Both the position numbers and the translations under genes were made by a program. The notes under the pieces were generated by a model. It was not told the origin of the DNA, ran no database searches, and was given only the letters and a program-made list of their open reading frames with translations. 64,000 nt of DNA from a virus, in IMG/VR virus record IMGVR_UViG_3300010334_000030, positions 77,055 through 141,054 of that record. One strand, 5' to 3'. This document shows positions 29,063-38,425 of this stretch, one piece after another; the stretch's first letter is position 1; the number at the start of each line of letters is the position of its first letter.

Positions 29063-29653
29063 TTAAATTTCAGCAGTAAATCCTCTAGGTCTACCAAAAA
29101 CTGAGTCGTCCCTGTTGTACATATCCATGCCGACAACATACTTAAACAGTTTTAGAAATAGCGCAGGTATAAAAACGTCTTTTGTTTTAACTACATCATT
29201 AGAAGGAATAAATAAAAATTCAGACTGCTTCTCATTCTCAGATCCGTCTGTAGTAGCTGTTCCTCTTTTAATTCCTGTAACATTAACAGCAAAACATGGA
29301 TGCTCTGTGTCAACCATCTTTGAAGCAGTAACTGTTCCTAGAAAAAACCATTTGTCATTTTCAGTAACAGAAAAACCAGTTTCCTCCTTTAGCTCTCTTT
29401 TAGCTGTTTCCAAAAATCCTGAATCATCATCATCAGTCCTTCCAGAAACTACGGTTAAAGAATATCCACCTTCCCTAAAATTATTTCTTTCCCTGAGTAC
29501 ACCTATTGATATAGGAAGATTGTTTTCGTCGGTAACATATGGTAATATGATAACAGAATCATCTTTAGGTCTTAATCCAATATATCCATCTCTATCTATT
29601 ACATCAAATCTTGGAGCTGTATAGAGTACTTTTTCTTTTATTGATTCTTGCAT
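29063..29653 (-). CDS. Nudix hydrolase (ADP-ribose pyrophosphatase-like)
   Basis: Nudix box SGRTDDDDSGFLETAKRELKEETGF. Confidence 0.9.
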   Translation of the reverse strand: MQESIKEKVLYTAPRFDVIDRDGYIGLRPKDDSVIILPYVTDENNLPISIGVLRERNNFREGGYSLTVVSGRTDDDDSGFLETAKRELKEETGFSVTENDKWFFLGTVTASKMVDTEHPCFAVNVTGIKRGTATTDGSENEKQSEFLFIPSNDVVKTKDVFIPALFLKLFKYVVGMDMYNRDDSVFGRPRGFTAEI

Positions 29654-29654
29654 T

Positions 29655-30293
29655 TTATTCTTCTACTTCTTTTTGTTCTTTCTCTGAATCCTCATTAATC
29701 TTAGATTTTTTTCCGGAGTCAGAATAATAAGATTTTTTAACAGAATCAGCTAATGATTTTTTTATGTTATTAATATCTATCCCATCTAAGACAAAATCAA
29801 TAATTTCCTTTTCTGCCTCTTCAAAAGATAAAAGAAGAACATTGTATAAATCCTTCGGAGGAAGATTCAATTTTATCTTAATCGAAACCTCAACCATATT
29901 CTTTTTCTGCTTTCTTAACAACTTATATATCGGAGATTCAGGATTGAGATCACCAGTCTCCTCGTAAACTATAGAGGTAACTGCAGACTCTTTTATAATA
30001 TCTCTTTGTTGAATTGGTTGTTCTTTTACTATAGGAGCAGCAGGAAACATTAGCATGTATTCTTCAACTAGATCAATGTTAATTTTTCTCCCACTTTGGA
30101 AGTCAATAAAAATGAAATCACCATTATTTGAAATACCCTTGTATCTTTCTACAGCAGGCACGTTTTCACCCTTTATCCACTCAAAATCATAAGGTGAATA
30201 CTGATCTTGATACTCTTTAATTGTTTTCTGAGGAGATTCCATTTTTTTATTTTTTTTTATTGTCCCAAATAGGGACTTGAATAAGTTCCCCAT
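29655..30293 (-). CDS. Hypothetical protein
   Basis: 212-aa ORF abutting both neighbours. Confidence 0.65.
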   Translation of the reverse strand: MGNLFKSLFGTIKKNKKMESPQKTIKEYQDQYSPYDFEWIKGENVPAVERYKGISNNGDFIFIDFQSGRKINIDLVEEYMLMFPAAPIVKEQPIQQRDIIKESAVTSIVYEETGDLNPESPIYKLLRKQKKNMVEVSIKIKLNLPPKDLYNVLLLSFEEAEKEIIDFVLDGIDINNIKKSLADSVKKSYYSDSGKKSKINEDSEKEQKEVEE

Positions 30294-30572
30294 CTATTGT
30301 TTTTTATTATTTTTATTGTGATTTGTTCCAGAGTTCATAAACTCATATTCACCAGTGTTCATATAAGTTTCTAAAAAAACAGGCAAATCCTTAAGAATAA
30401 GCCATGTTGATTTTCCCTTATTTGATTTCTTGCCATCATACTTCCACATTTCAACTATATTATCTAGTATTTTATCATTGTGTCTAGAAAACTCAATAAC
30501 CTTATTGCCCTTCTTTTTTTTAAGGATTATTGAAGACCCGTATTCTAAGTTGAAGTCTAAATCAAAGCTCAT
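30294..30572 (-). CDS. Hypothetical protein
   Basis: 92-aa ORF; GAAAC-N16-ATTA motif upstream. Confidence 0.6.
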   Translation of the reverse strand: MSFDLDFNLEYGSSIILKKKKGNKVIEFSRHNDKILDNIVEMWKYDGKKSNKGKSTWLILKDLPVFLETYMNTGEYEFMNSGTNHNKNNKKQ

Positions 30573-30611
30573 CTTTAATTGTAATACTCGATGACCTTTT
30601 TGTTTCGATGA

Positions 30612-31556
30612 TTAATTCTGATTCCTAAAATATATGCTCTCTATCTCCTCGTTAGGTAAAAATGTAGAAAGAGCTTTTCTCATCCTCCTGATGCTATCAT
30701 CAGTTTCAGATCTGTATATAGGATTATCTGAAGATTTATTCTGGTTGTTGGAACGATTGTTTTTTAGGGTTTCTATAAAATAATTAACAAATCCATCCTT
30801 GTGCGTTTTGGTATCGCGTCCTGTGCATCTGTTTATCAGATAATCATAATATGGGTTTTTAGATTTTAATTCGGATAAACCTATGGGTTCCTCTATCCCC
30901 ATGGATGGATCGTCATCAAAATTAAAGGATGTCTTTTTACTTTCACCTTTATTATCTATATGCAAGCAGGGTATTGTAGAATCCTTTGTTTTGTAAATCT
31001 TGAAAGATCCAAATAAATCATGTTTATTTCTTTTCTTTAAATCCACCAAAGATTTATTTTTTAAAACCGCCTCCCATGAATCTCTATCTTTTCTTTTAAT
31101 TGTATCTACATCGTCGGGAATACCAAGTAGGTCCAAAAGAATCTCAATATCACATCTAGTAGATTCTGTTCTTTGTCCGTTCTTAACCGTTAAATAGTTA
31201 GCAAAGCCCTCTATAAAATCATCTATAAGATCTTCCGTGGTATCATGATCCTCTAGATTTTTATATTTGTTAATAGATACCCTTGAGACCTTGCCGTTCT
31301 CACCCTTCTTTGTTTTAATTATACTAAGAGGAATTTCTATCGAATCTAGCTCTTCACCAGCTTTATTAACGTAACTCAATAAAGCAGACCCACCTGTACT
31401 GTTAAACAGTATCGCTCTATTTTTTTTAGAGTCTGGATTGCTGGTGATGTCAGTAACAGAAATAACACAAGAATCATCAGAGTCCTTTACGTGTTTAAAA
31501 CCGTAACTTATTGATTCCTTTAGTTGAAAAAAATCTAAAAATTTTTTAACTGACAT
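30612..31556 (-). CDS. Hypothetical protein with capsid-targeting-like leader
   Basis: N-terminus MSVKKFLDFFQLKES. Confidence 0.6.
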   Translation of the reverse strand: MSVKKFLDFFQLKESISYGFKHVKDSDDSCVISVTDITSNPDSKKNRAILFNSTGGSALLSYVNKAGEELDSIEIPLSIIKTKKGENGKVSRVSINKYKNLEDHDTTEDLIDDFIEGFANYLTVKNGQRTESTRCDIEILLDLLGIPDDVDTIKRKDRDSWEAVLKNKSLVDLKKRNKHDLFGSFKIYKTKDSTIPCLHIDNKGESKKTSFNFDDDPSMGIEEPIGLSELKSKNPYYDYLINRCTGRDTKTHKDGFVNYFIETLKNNRSNNQNKSSDNPIYRSETDDSIRRMRKALSTFLPNEEIESIYFRNQN

Positions 31557-31562
31557 TAGTAA

Positions 31563-32006
31563 TTAATAATTAGTGTCACTCCCGAAATGGATAGTAACAT
31601 CGAATTTTTTAGGATCGGTAGACGCGTTCATATCAATTTCCAATTTAGAAGGATATGTTGGAATTTTATATTCTTTATATTCAACGTGCATTTGTCCAAT
31701 ATCTATAGTTCTTCCAGGTATAAGGTCTATATCAAAATCTTTGGTTGGATTTGGATGATCGTCTACACTAAATTCAAGTTCCACATTTTTTATTGAGAAA
31801 GTAACATCAGAGATTCCTTTTTTTGTGATATCTAAGTTTACTGAATATTCAACAAAAGCCTTAGAGTTTATGATATCCTGATATTCTTTAGGCCTATTGT
31901 GTATATCTATATCAATGTACTCTATCCCGGTGCCGAAACTATATTCACCCCTAGGACCCTCTTTTTTTGCATATGTGAATGCTCCGTAATCGTAAATTCT
32001 AGACAT
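31563..32006 (-). CDS. Hypothetical late protein
   Basis: 147 aa; GATATATA at 32024-32031. Confidence 0.65.
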   Translation of the reverse strand: MSRIYDYGAFTYAKKEGPRGEYSFGTGIEYIDIDIHNRPKEYQDIINSKAFVEYSVNLDITKKGISDVTFSIKNVELEFSVDDHPNPTKDFDIDLIPGRTIDIGQMHVEYKEYKIPTYPSKLEIDMNASTDPKKFDVTIHFGSDTNY

Positions 32007-32087
32007 TAAAAAGACTTTTCTTGTATATATCTTTAAGCTCTTCTAATGAGCGACAAATATATACATTAGATTTAAAAAAGTCCAGAG

Positions 32088-32825
32088 ATGAAAAAAAAGT
32101 TAAGCCCTATATGGTTTTTGAAGGATCCACTGGATCCAGAGCACAAGGAGTATATCCTATTGGACTATTTGAAAGCAATAAGTAAGGATCTAAACCATAG
32201 CAACTGTTTTACCATTACAAAAGAGATCTCAAGGATAATAAAGTCCTTGAATGACTATAAAGAAACTAAAAAATTTAGCAAATCCGTTACTGATCTTTTG
32301 AAAAGAGAGGATAATGAATTTATGGAAGAATTCACAAAAAAGGATTTAAATGATGAAGATTTAAAGAACATAGAATCAATCATAAAGAGCTCTTTGGACA
32401 CCCTTTATGGGTACTCAGGAATCTGTTTAGAGATGATAAAGGAGGAAGAATCTAAAATTAAAATATTCAAGATCCAATCAAAATTTGATCCGCCGATAAG
32501 AAAAGATGACTCTGGTATACTCATAATCAGAAATATGGCAACTGATAAGATCTTAAATTATTTTTTCAGAGCTCAAATAATAATGAAAACAGAGGATGGC
32601 GATAAAGAGGTCTTTATCTTAAAAAAAGCTCCCGTTAGGAACCCATTTTTTTCACTTAATTACGAGTACATATATCACGAGATTCTGAACGAGTTTAGCA
32701 TAAATGGTGAGCATTTCCCACATTTATACGTTATAGAAATATATGAGAATTTTGAGGAGGAATCCGAAATTTATAAATTAGCTAAGGAGAAATTCATAGA
32801 CACACTATCAAAAAAATCCACATAA
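32088..32825 (+). CDS. Hypothetical protein (plus strand)
   Basis: 245-aa ORF with AATATATA at 32056-32063 upstream and a terminator directly downstream. Confidence 0.75.
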   Translation: MKKKLSPIWFLKDPLDPEHKEYILLDYLKAISKDLNHSNCFTITKEISRIIKSLNDYKETKKFSKSVTDLLKREDNEFMEEFTKKDLNDEDLKNIESIIKSSLDTLYGYSGICLEMIKEEESKIKIFKIQSKFDPPIRKDDSGILIIRNMATDKILNYFFRAQIIMKTEDGDKEVFILKKAPVRNPFFSLNYEYIYHEILNEFSINGEHFPHLYVIEIYENFEEESEIYKLAKEKFIDTLSKKST

Positions 32826-32854
32826 AAAAAGGCCTATAAAGGCCTTTTCTTTTT
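32824..32854. terminator. Bidirectional intrinsic terminator
   Basis: AAAAGGCCT-ATAA-AGGCCTTTT with flanking A/T runs between convergent genes. Confidence 0.85.
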
Positions 32855-32869
32855 AATAGCATATCAATA

Positions 32870-33214
32870 TTAAAAATCTTCCAATCTTTTTAAATCCGAT
32901 GAAAATTCTAGGGATTCAGTGGTGTGCATTATGCTGGTGGTACCGAAACTAGTAGCATCTTTAAATATGCCTTGCTCATTTCTATCTATTCTTACACCAG
33001 GCACATTTATGTTTGAGGTGTTTGCAAAAACAGCATTAGCATATCCAACATGATCATATGCAGGCTCTCTTTTAATGGTAGAAAGACCTGATTTCATTAA
33101 CCCACCTTGCGATTGGTTAGAAGGTGCAAGTGGCTTGTATTTATTGTCATGTACCTTGTTCAGAAACTGATCAAAATTTAATATTTCCCTTTGGGCTACG
33201 TTTTGTAAATTCAT
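32870..33214 (-). CDS. Small putative head-internal protein
   Basis: ILNFDQF near the N-terminus and LKRLEDF at the C-terminus, both resembling the capsid-targeting motif. Confidence 0.55.
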   Translation of the reverse strand: MNLQNVAQREILNFDQFLNKVHDNKYKPLAPSNQSQGGLMKSGLSTIKREPAYDHVGYANAVFANTSNINVPGVRIDRNEQGIFKDATSFGTTSIMHTTESLEFSSDLKRLEDF

Positions 33215-33229
33215 ATTAAAAAAATTAAT

Positions 33230-33871
33230 TTATGCTGCAGCTGCTGAATTCCATATTCTTTGTAAAGCCCCCCAAATTCCATCTGAAGAACCTGAATCAC
33301 CTCTTGATGCTCCTGTTGATGGCGATACCTGGCTTGAAGTGTATGATTGTCCCAGTCTTTGGCTAAGAGCATTGGTAAGTTTTTCTTTGTCATTACTGCT
33401 TAAATTTTCAACAGCTTCTTTACCGATATGAGCGCTTCCTAATAGCTCCTCGAATGCTTTAACCATTTTATCCTGTCCTTCCTTACTTAAAAGCATATTT
33501 CTTAGAAAAGTAAAAGCTAAACCAGTTGTCTTAATCCCCATAGAAGCAGCTACGGTATCTATACCTTTTTGTTCTACGAATCTTCTTAAAGAGTCAGCAA
33601 GTTTAGGAGCCCAATAAGTTGAATTTAAATTATCCCCTGAAAGTATTTTTGGGATATCACCCATTGGAATTTCTGTTACGAAGTTCTGAACAAATGAAGA
33701 AAGTAGGGATCCTTCCATAAGACCCAATTTCTCTAAAAGAGCAGCAGTTATTTTTGTCCTGATTGTGTCTTTGAATCCAGTTCCCATTACAGAAAACAGA
33801 TTTGAGAAAAATCCACCGAAGTTGAAGTCCTCATTTATCTGAAATTCTTTTAATTTTTTAATGTTTGACAT
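33230..33871 (-). CDS. Putative head-internal/ejection protein
   Basis: Leader MSNIKKLKEFQINE followed by amphipathic DFNFGGFFSNLFS; GATATATA at 33890-33897. Confidence 0.6.
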   Translation of the reverse strand: MSNIKKLKEFQINEDFNFGGFFSNLFSVMGTGFKDTIRTKITAALLEKLGLMEGSLLSSFVQNFVTEIPMGDIPKILSGDNLNSTYWAPKLADSLRRFVEQKGIDTVAASMGIKTTGLAFTFLRNMLLSKEGQDKMVKAFEELLGSAHIGKEAVENLSSNDKEKLTNALSQRLGQSYTSSQVSPSTGASRGDSGSSDGIWGALQRIWNSAAAA

Positions 33872-33918
33872 TGAAAAAAATTTTTCTTATATATATCTAA
33901 ACAGGTTTAGGATTCCTC

Positions 33919-35328
33919 TTATTTAATAGATTCTATAAAGAGATTAACCGCTTTTTGTCTATATTTAATTCTATCCTCTTTTATTTCAGGGTTTTTAAGT
34001 GCCTCTTTTTTCCTGTTTAATATAGATTCGGGTAAAAGTGGACCAAATGTGTCCTTAAGTATTTTTTTATCTGTCCTCCATTCTATAGGTAAATGCAAGG
34101 CAAATCTAACTATTTCTAGATTCAGGAATGGATTTCTTAACTCCAGGGTATGTGCCATAGACATTTTATCAAGTCTAGGCAAGTGGTAATAGGTAAGCTC
34201 TTCAAAAATGTCAGACTGCTGGGAGTCGTATTCGTGGATTCTTGAATATCCGCCAAAGAGCTCATCAGAGCCGTCCCCGCTAATAACTATCCGATATCCT
34301 GTTTCCTTCTTAACTGCTTCAAATAAATGGTATTGCGGTATAACAGATCCTAGATCTATAGGTCCTTCGTTCCAATCACAATAAATATCTGCCAGTTTGC
34401 TAGAATCCATATTGTAGTCTAAAAAGTTAATCGGGGTCTCTAAATGCTCACTAAGTGCTTTAACATACTGGGATTCCCCATTTTCTATAGAAAACCAGGT
34501 TACCTTGGATTCAAGCTGTTTAAGAATTGCTGCTATGATCGAAGAATCTAGACCCCCAGAAACTAACACCGATATTGGATAGTTCTTAGACACCAGACGG
34601 AACTTTACGCTCTCTATCATTTTATCCCAAAGCCATTCCATATGAGCCTCGTAATCAGCTCCTATTAAGCTTTTAATTGGGGTTTCCCAAGCTCTATAAT
34701 ACTTAGGGAAAATGTGGTTAAAAAGTGGAGACGCTATATTGTAGGAATAAATGTTATTTGGTAAAAGTCTTTTAATGTTTAGATAAGGTGTTCTTTCATC
34801 CTTATTATATCCCCATTTCCTAACCGAACTAATATAGGATTGGTCAAGATCACTTTGACCTGTAAATAGACCTTTTATCTCTGAGCAAATCTCACCAAGC
34901 TCATTTTTATAAAGGCACTTCTTACCAAGAGGATCGGTAAAGGCGATAATATCACCAGTTTTAGAATTGTAGATAATTATAGCCCAAAATCCATCCCAAG
35001 TTTGAATATGAGGAATATACATAGCACTAAAGAACTCCACGCTTCCACCTCTATAACTAGAGAATAAATTACAAAGATACTCAGTATCGGATGAAAATTT
35101 AGTTTGATCATAATTAAAGATCTCACCATTAAACATCAAATATATTCCATCTGATATTTCTAGAGGCTGTGCCCATTCATCACCATCTAATGTCTGGATG
35201 GGAAGTCTATGGTGGCATAGGGTAACACCATCAAGATCAACCATTGATTTTTCTATTCCTCTATGTTCTATAGAATCTAAGAGTTCGGGCATTTCGCTGG
35301 CCCTAGTAGTTAGCAGTATTCCGCACAT
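33919..35328 (-). CDS. asnB: Asparagine synthetase B-like glutamine amidotransferase
   Basis: N-terminal MCGI (Ntn Cys), HRG, FNGEIFN, SGGLDSS PP-loop, GDGSDELFGGY, E.R.PFL. Confidence 0.92.
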   Translation of the reverse strand: MCGILLTTRASEMPELLDSIEHRGIEKSMVDLDGVTLCHHRLPIQTLDGDEWAQPLEISDGIYLMFNGEIFNYDQTKFSSDTEYLCNLFSSYRGGSVEFFSAMYIPHIQTWDGFWAIIIYNSKTGDIIAFTDPLGKKCLYKNELGEICSEIKGLFTGQSDLDQSYISSVRKWGYNKDERTPYLNIKRLLPNNIYSYNIASPLFNHIFPKYYRAWETPIKSLIGADYEAHMEWLWDKMIESVKFRLVSKNYPISVLVSGGLDSSIIAAILKQLESKVTWFSIENGESQYVKALSEHLETPINFLDYNMDSSKLADIYCDWNEGPIDLGSVIPQYHLFEAVKKETGYRIVISGDGSDELFGGYSRIHEYDSQQSDIFEELTYYHLPRLDKMSMAHTLELRNPFLNLEIVRFALHLPIEWRTDKKILKDTFGPLLPESILNRKKEALKNPEIKEDRIKYRQKAVNLFIESIK

Positions 35329-35330
35329 AA

Positions 35331-35891
35331 TTAAATGGTAAATTCTGATTCAAAAAATGATTTAAGTTCTGATACAGTTTTAGTATCGAAAGTATTTTTA
35401 AAGATCTTTAAGTTTCCAATACCTATTTCGTTAAATTTAGAAATAACAAACTCGAAAGCTTTCCTTTCTGCTGATGATTTATCGGCATAGTCCCATTGAT
35501 CTTTATTTCTATCGGATTTATTTGGATTGTCCCCATCTATATAAAGGACGGTAATTCCTGACATTAAACCTGAATTTTTAATATAAAGAATTTGTTTAGC
35601 TGCATCAGACTTTGATATTCTATTCTCAGAAATTCCCCAGGCTAAAACAGTTAGGATTCCGCGGTCGTGTATGAAGTCGGGTAGATTTATATCCTTAGCC
35701 ATTTGCATAAGCATGAGTTCTTTACCCATTGAAAACGAATGTGCCTCTCTGTTGTCCTTACTGGAAAGCCCTAAGAGATTAAAATAGCTGCCAAAATCAA
35801 ACTGGAATCTTGGGATCCCAACAAGCTTAGAGATCTCAGTAGAGAGATAGGTTTTACCAGAATTTCGAGAACCTTCAAAAACATAGATCAT
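35331..35891 (-). CDS. P-loop nucleotide monophosphate kinase (thymidylate-kinase-like)
   Basis: VFEGSRNSGKT Walker A, IHDR motif. Confidence 0.75.
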   Translation of the reverse strand: MIYVFEGSRNSGKTYLSTEISKLVGIPRFQFDFGSYFNLLGLSSKDNREAHSFSMGKELMLMQMAKDINLPDFIHDRGILTVLAWGISENRISKSDAAKQILYIKNSGLMSGITVLYIDGDNPNKSDRNKDQWDYADKSSAERKAFEFVISKFNEIGIGNLKIFKNTFDTKTVSELKSFFESEFTI

Positions 35892-35914
35892 TGGTCTTTA
35901 TTTTTTATATTCTA

Positions 35915-35922
35915 CAAATGTA
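35915..35922 (-). promoter_or_regulatory. Bacteroidota-type -7 promoter element TACATTTG
   Basis: Matches TAnnTTTG, about 24 nt upstream of the kinase start. Confidence 0.45.
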
Positions 35923-35940
35923 ATAAAATTCCACGGACAT

Positions 35941-35969
35941 AAAAAAAACCAGGATTATTCCTGGTTTTT
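35941..35969 (-). terminator. Intrinsic terminator
   Basis: AAAAACCAGGA-TTAT-TCCTGGTTTTT hairpin with A/T tails. Confidence 0.85.
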
Positions 35970-35989
35970 GTATTTTGAATATTTTTAAA

Positions 35990-36895
35990 TTAACCTAATG
36001 TTTCTGTCGTTCCCTCAATATCACCAACTTTTTCTAGTTCGTCTGCACTTGTAGTAGAAGTTTGATATGTTGCAGCCAAAGTACCAGCTATCTGCTGATT
36101 GTCTGGGCTTTCTAGAGCTTCCGCACCTCTTTTTAAAAGATCGTCCTTTACCTTCTTTGCACCCTGTTTTGCAAGATCTAATGCTTGTTTAAAAGCTTTT
36201 GATTTATTTGCTAAAGTATTTATTTTCTTAACAGATTTTAGGTTATTGAAAGCAGATTTAACTTTCTTTAGCTTGGATGTTACCTTAGCTACGTTTTTAA
36301 GAGCTTTTACTCCTTTTACTGCTTTTTGAACACCATTTAATGCTTTCAAAGCTTTAGATCCTTTACTAACGAAGCTAATGATTTTTTGAGCATACATTAA
36401 ACCTGCAGGAACGCCACAAGCAGTTAATGCAACAGAAGCAACCATCATTATAATAGGCATGGCTTTTTTAATTACCTTGACTGCTTTTTGTGCAAACTTT
36501 TTAAGACCCGCACCTAGTTTTTTCCAAAATTTTTCATTAAGTGCTAAATATCCATTAAGCTCTTCCTCACTTAAATTCTCAACAGAATCTATACCTAGAT
36601 CTTCAGCAAGATAATTTAAGAAATCCCTTTCACTGAAATCATCAAAGTGCTCCTTTAAAAATTCAGAAAGAGACATATCTTCAGGGATATCAAAATCCTC
36701 GTTCAAGTCATTCATATCAAATCCAAGCTTCTCTGCAACTAAATCTAAGTAACCCTTACCCTCTGTAAGAACCATCTCATCAATTGCACGAAGCTGTTCA
36801 ACGGTTAGGTTGTCAAGATCAAAACTCTTACATGACTCAAAAAGGGGTGATTTGTTAGATCCTTGAGAACTGCTAAATGGCAATATATTTTTCAT
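35990..36895 (-). CDS. Putative ejection protein: acidic prodomain plus cationic/hydrophobic C-terminal region (paralog 1)
   Basis: About 120 aa of D/E-rich sequence, then LNE-KFWKKLGAGLKKFAQKAVKVIKK and a hydrophobic helix. Confidence 0.6.
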   Translation of the reverse strand: MKNILPFSSSQGSNKSPLFESCKSFDLDNLTVEQLRAIDEMVLTEGKGYLDLVAEKLGFDMNDLNEDFDIPEDMSLSEFLKEHFDDFSERDFLNYLAEDLGIDSVENLSEEELNGYLALNEKFWKKLGAGLKKFAQKAVKVIKKAMPIIMMVASVALTACGVPAGLMYAQKIISFVSKGSKALKALNGVQKAVKGVKALKNVAKVTSKLKKVKSAFNNLKSVKKINTLANKSKAFKQALDLAKQGAKKVKDDLLKRGAEALESPDNQQIAGTLAATYQTSTTSADELEKVGDIEGTTETLG

Positions 36896-36930
36896 AAGTC
36901 TTTATGTTTGTTATATTCTATATTGGATAA

Positions 36931-37647
36931 TTATCCGTCATTTTCGTCGTCTTCTGGCTCAAGGTCTGCTGCATTCTCTGGTACTGTTGAAGGAGGAATC
37001 TGTTTCTTTACAGATTTAGCGGTTTCAACCGCAGCGGTAAAAGCAGGAGCTATGTTTTTAATTGTTTGCATATTATCAGCACTGAAAAGCGCTTTTGCTC
37101 CATTCTTCTTTACATCATTAAAAACTTTACCTAAACTTGCCTGAACTACATCAGCAGTCTTTCCCATTTCTGGGTTTGAATCCGATTTAGAAATCAATTT
37201 TGTTATATTAGGATATTTAGCAGCTAGTTTTCCAAGTCCACCCTGGAATTTACCAAGAAAAGCTTTAAGTTTTGGACTAGCATCAGCGGGAATCACTTTT
37301 GATATAATAGGACCAGCTATACTTTTCACCTTAGCTACTACTTCTTTTGCTTTATTAAAAGCTTTTTTCAACCAACCTTTCTCGTTAATATTGTACTCAT
37401 CAGATTCGTCTAACATTTCAAAATCAAATTCATAGTCATCAGATATACCCTCTCTCATACAGATAAGGTCAAATGTACAAATTCCGTGATTTTCTGCCAA
37501 TCTATCAAGATCTGCCAATTCCTGCTCGTTTAGGGAATTGAAGTCTAAATGACTAACGCTTTCTAAAAGCTCGGATTCATCTATTTTATAATATCCTGAG
37601 ATTTCTTTTTCTGAACCGTAGTTCTCAAATGCAACGATGTTTTTCAT
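36931..37647 (-). CDS. Putative ejection protein (paralog 2)
   Basis: Acidic prodomain, then INE-KGWLKKAFNKAKEVVAKVKSIAGP. Confidence 0.6.
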   Translation of the reverse strand: MKNIVAFENYGSEKEISGYYKIDESELLESVSHLDFNSLNEQELADLDRLAENHGICTFDLICMREGISDDYEFDFEMLDESDEYNINEKGWLKKAFNKAKEVVAKVKSIAGPIISKVIPADASPKLKAFLGKFQGGLGKLAAKYPNITKLISKSDSNPEMGKTADVVQASLGKVFNDVKKNGAKALFSADNMQTIKNIAPAFTAAVETAKSVKKQIPPSTVPENAADLEPEDDENDG

Positions 37648-37669
37648 TTTTCTATTTTTATTTTTTTAT

Positions 37670-38398
37670 TTAGGCTGTCGGAATGTCACTAGATGACCAT
37701 GGCTTTGGATCAGTTACGGCCTTAGGTACATTATTCTTTTCACCGTTCTTATTTCCTGTTTCTTTTATATTAAAAACCACCTCTTTTATAGCGGTTTGAA
37801 TGATACCTATGCCCATACTAGAGCGTTTGTTGTCTTCGCTAAAAAGAGAACTTTGTGCTCTAGATTCATTATCTTTTAAAACCTTACCGTAAGTATTCAC
37901 CAAAACATTAACGACATATTTATGCTCCGGAGTTTTATTTGCAATATCGTAAAGTTCTTCCGAAGATTTAGGTCCTTTTGCAAGGGCTTTCTTTAAACCT
38001 TTTATGTACATATCAACAACTTTATTTATTGTTTGTAATGTCTTTGGTGGCATCGGTTCTTTTTTCTTGTCACCATCTATACTTAGACCATCTATTGCTT
38101 TTTTTACATCAGGCTTGATTTTGTTAATTTGTTCATTAACTGTTTTTACTAGCCAACCTGGTGCTGATGATTCATATATTTCATAATCAGAAGAAAAGTT
38201 TTCCGGCTCGTTCATACAAACAACATCAAGTGTGCAAAGATCTGAGGATTCAACCAACATATCTAATTGGTAGAAATCATCCTCGTTTATTTTTTCATAC
38301 CCTCCATTAGACTCGTTTAAATTAAAAGACTTCTTTAGTATTTTCTGCACAGTATTAAAAACTGCATAGTTGTTAAAGGAAAAAAGATTACTGTTCAT
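37670..38398 (-). CDS. Putative ejection protein (paralog 3)
   Basis: Shares LD.L.E...CT.D..CM.E with paralog 2; GATATATA at 38416-38423. Confidence 0.55.
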   Translation of the reverse strand: MNSNLFSFNNYAVFNTVQKILKKSFNLNESNGGYEKINEDDFYQLDMLVESSDLCTLDVVCMNEPENFSSDYEIYESSAPGWLVKTVNEQINKIKPDVKKAIDGLSIDGDKKKEPMPPKTLQTINKVVDMYIKGLKKALAKGPKSSEELYDIANKTPEHKYVVNVLVNTYGKVLKDNESRAQSSLFSEDNKRSSMGIGIIQTAIKEVVFNIKETGNKNGEKNNVPKAVTDPKPWSSSDIPTA

Positions 38399-38425
38399 AG
38401 TTTAATTTATATTTGTATATATCAT

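Noticed and set aside
33919-38398. RiPP/lasso-peptide cluster (AsnB, kinase and leader-like NLSEEEL proteins)
   Set aside because: AsnB keeps its Ntn Cys; there is no B1/B2 peptidase or RRE; the candidate precursors are 240-300 aa and are separated from the enzymes by a terminator
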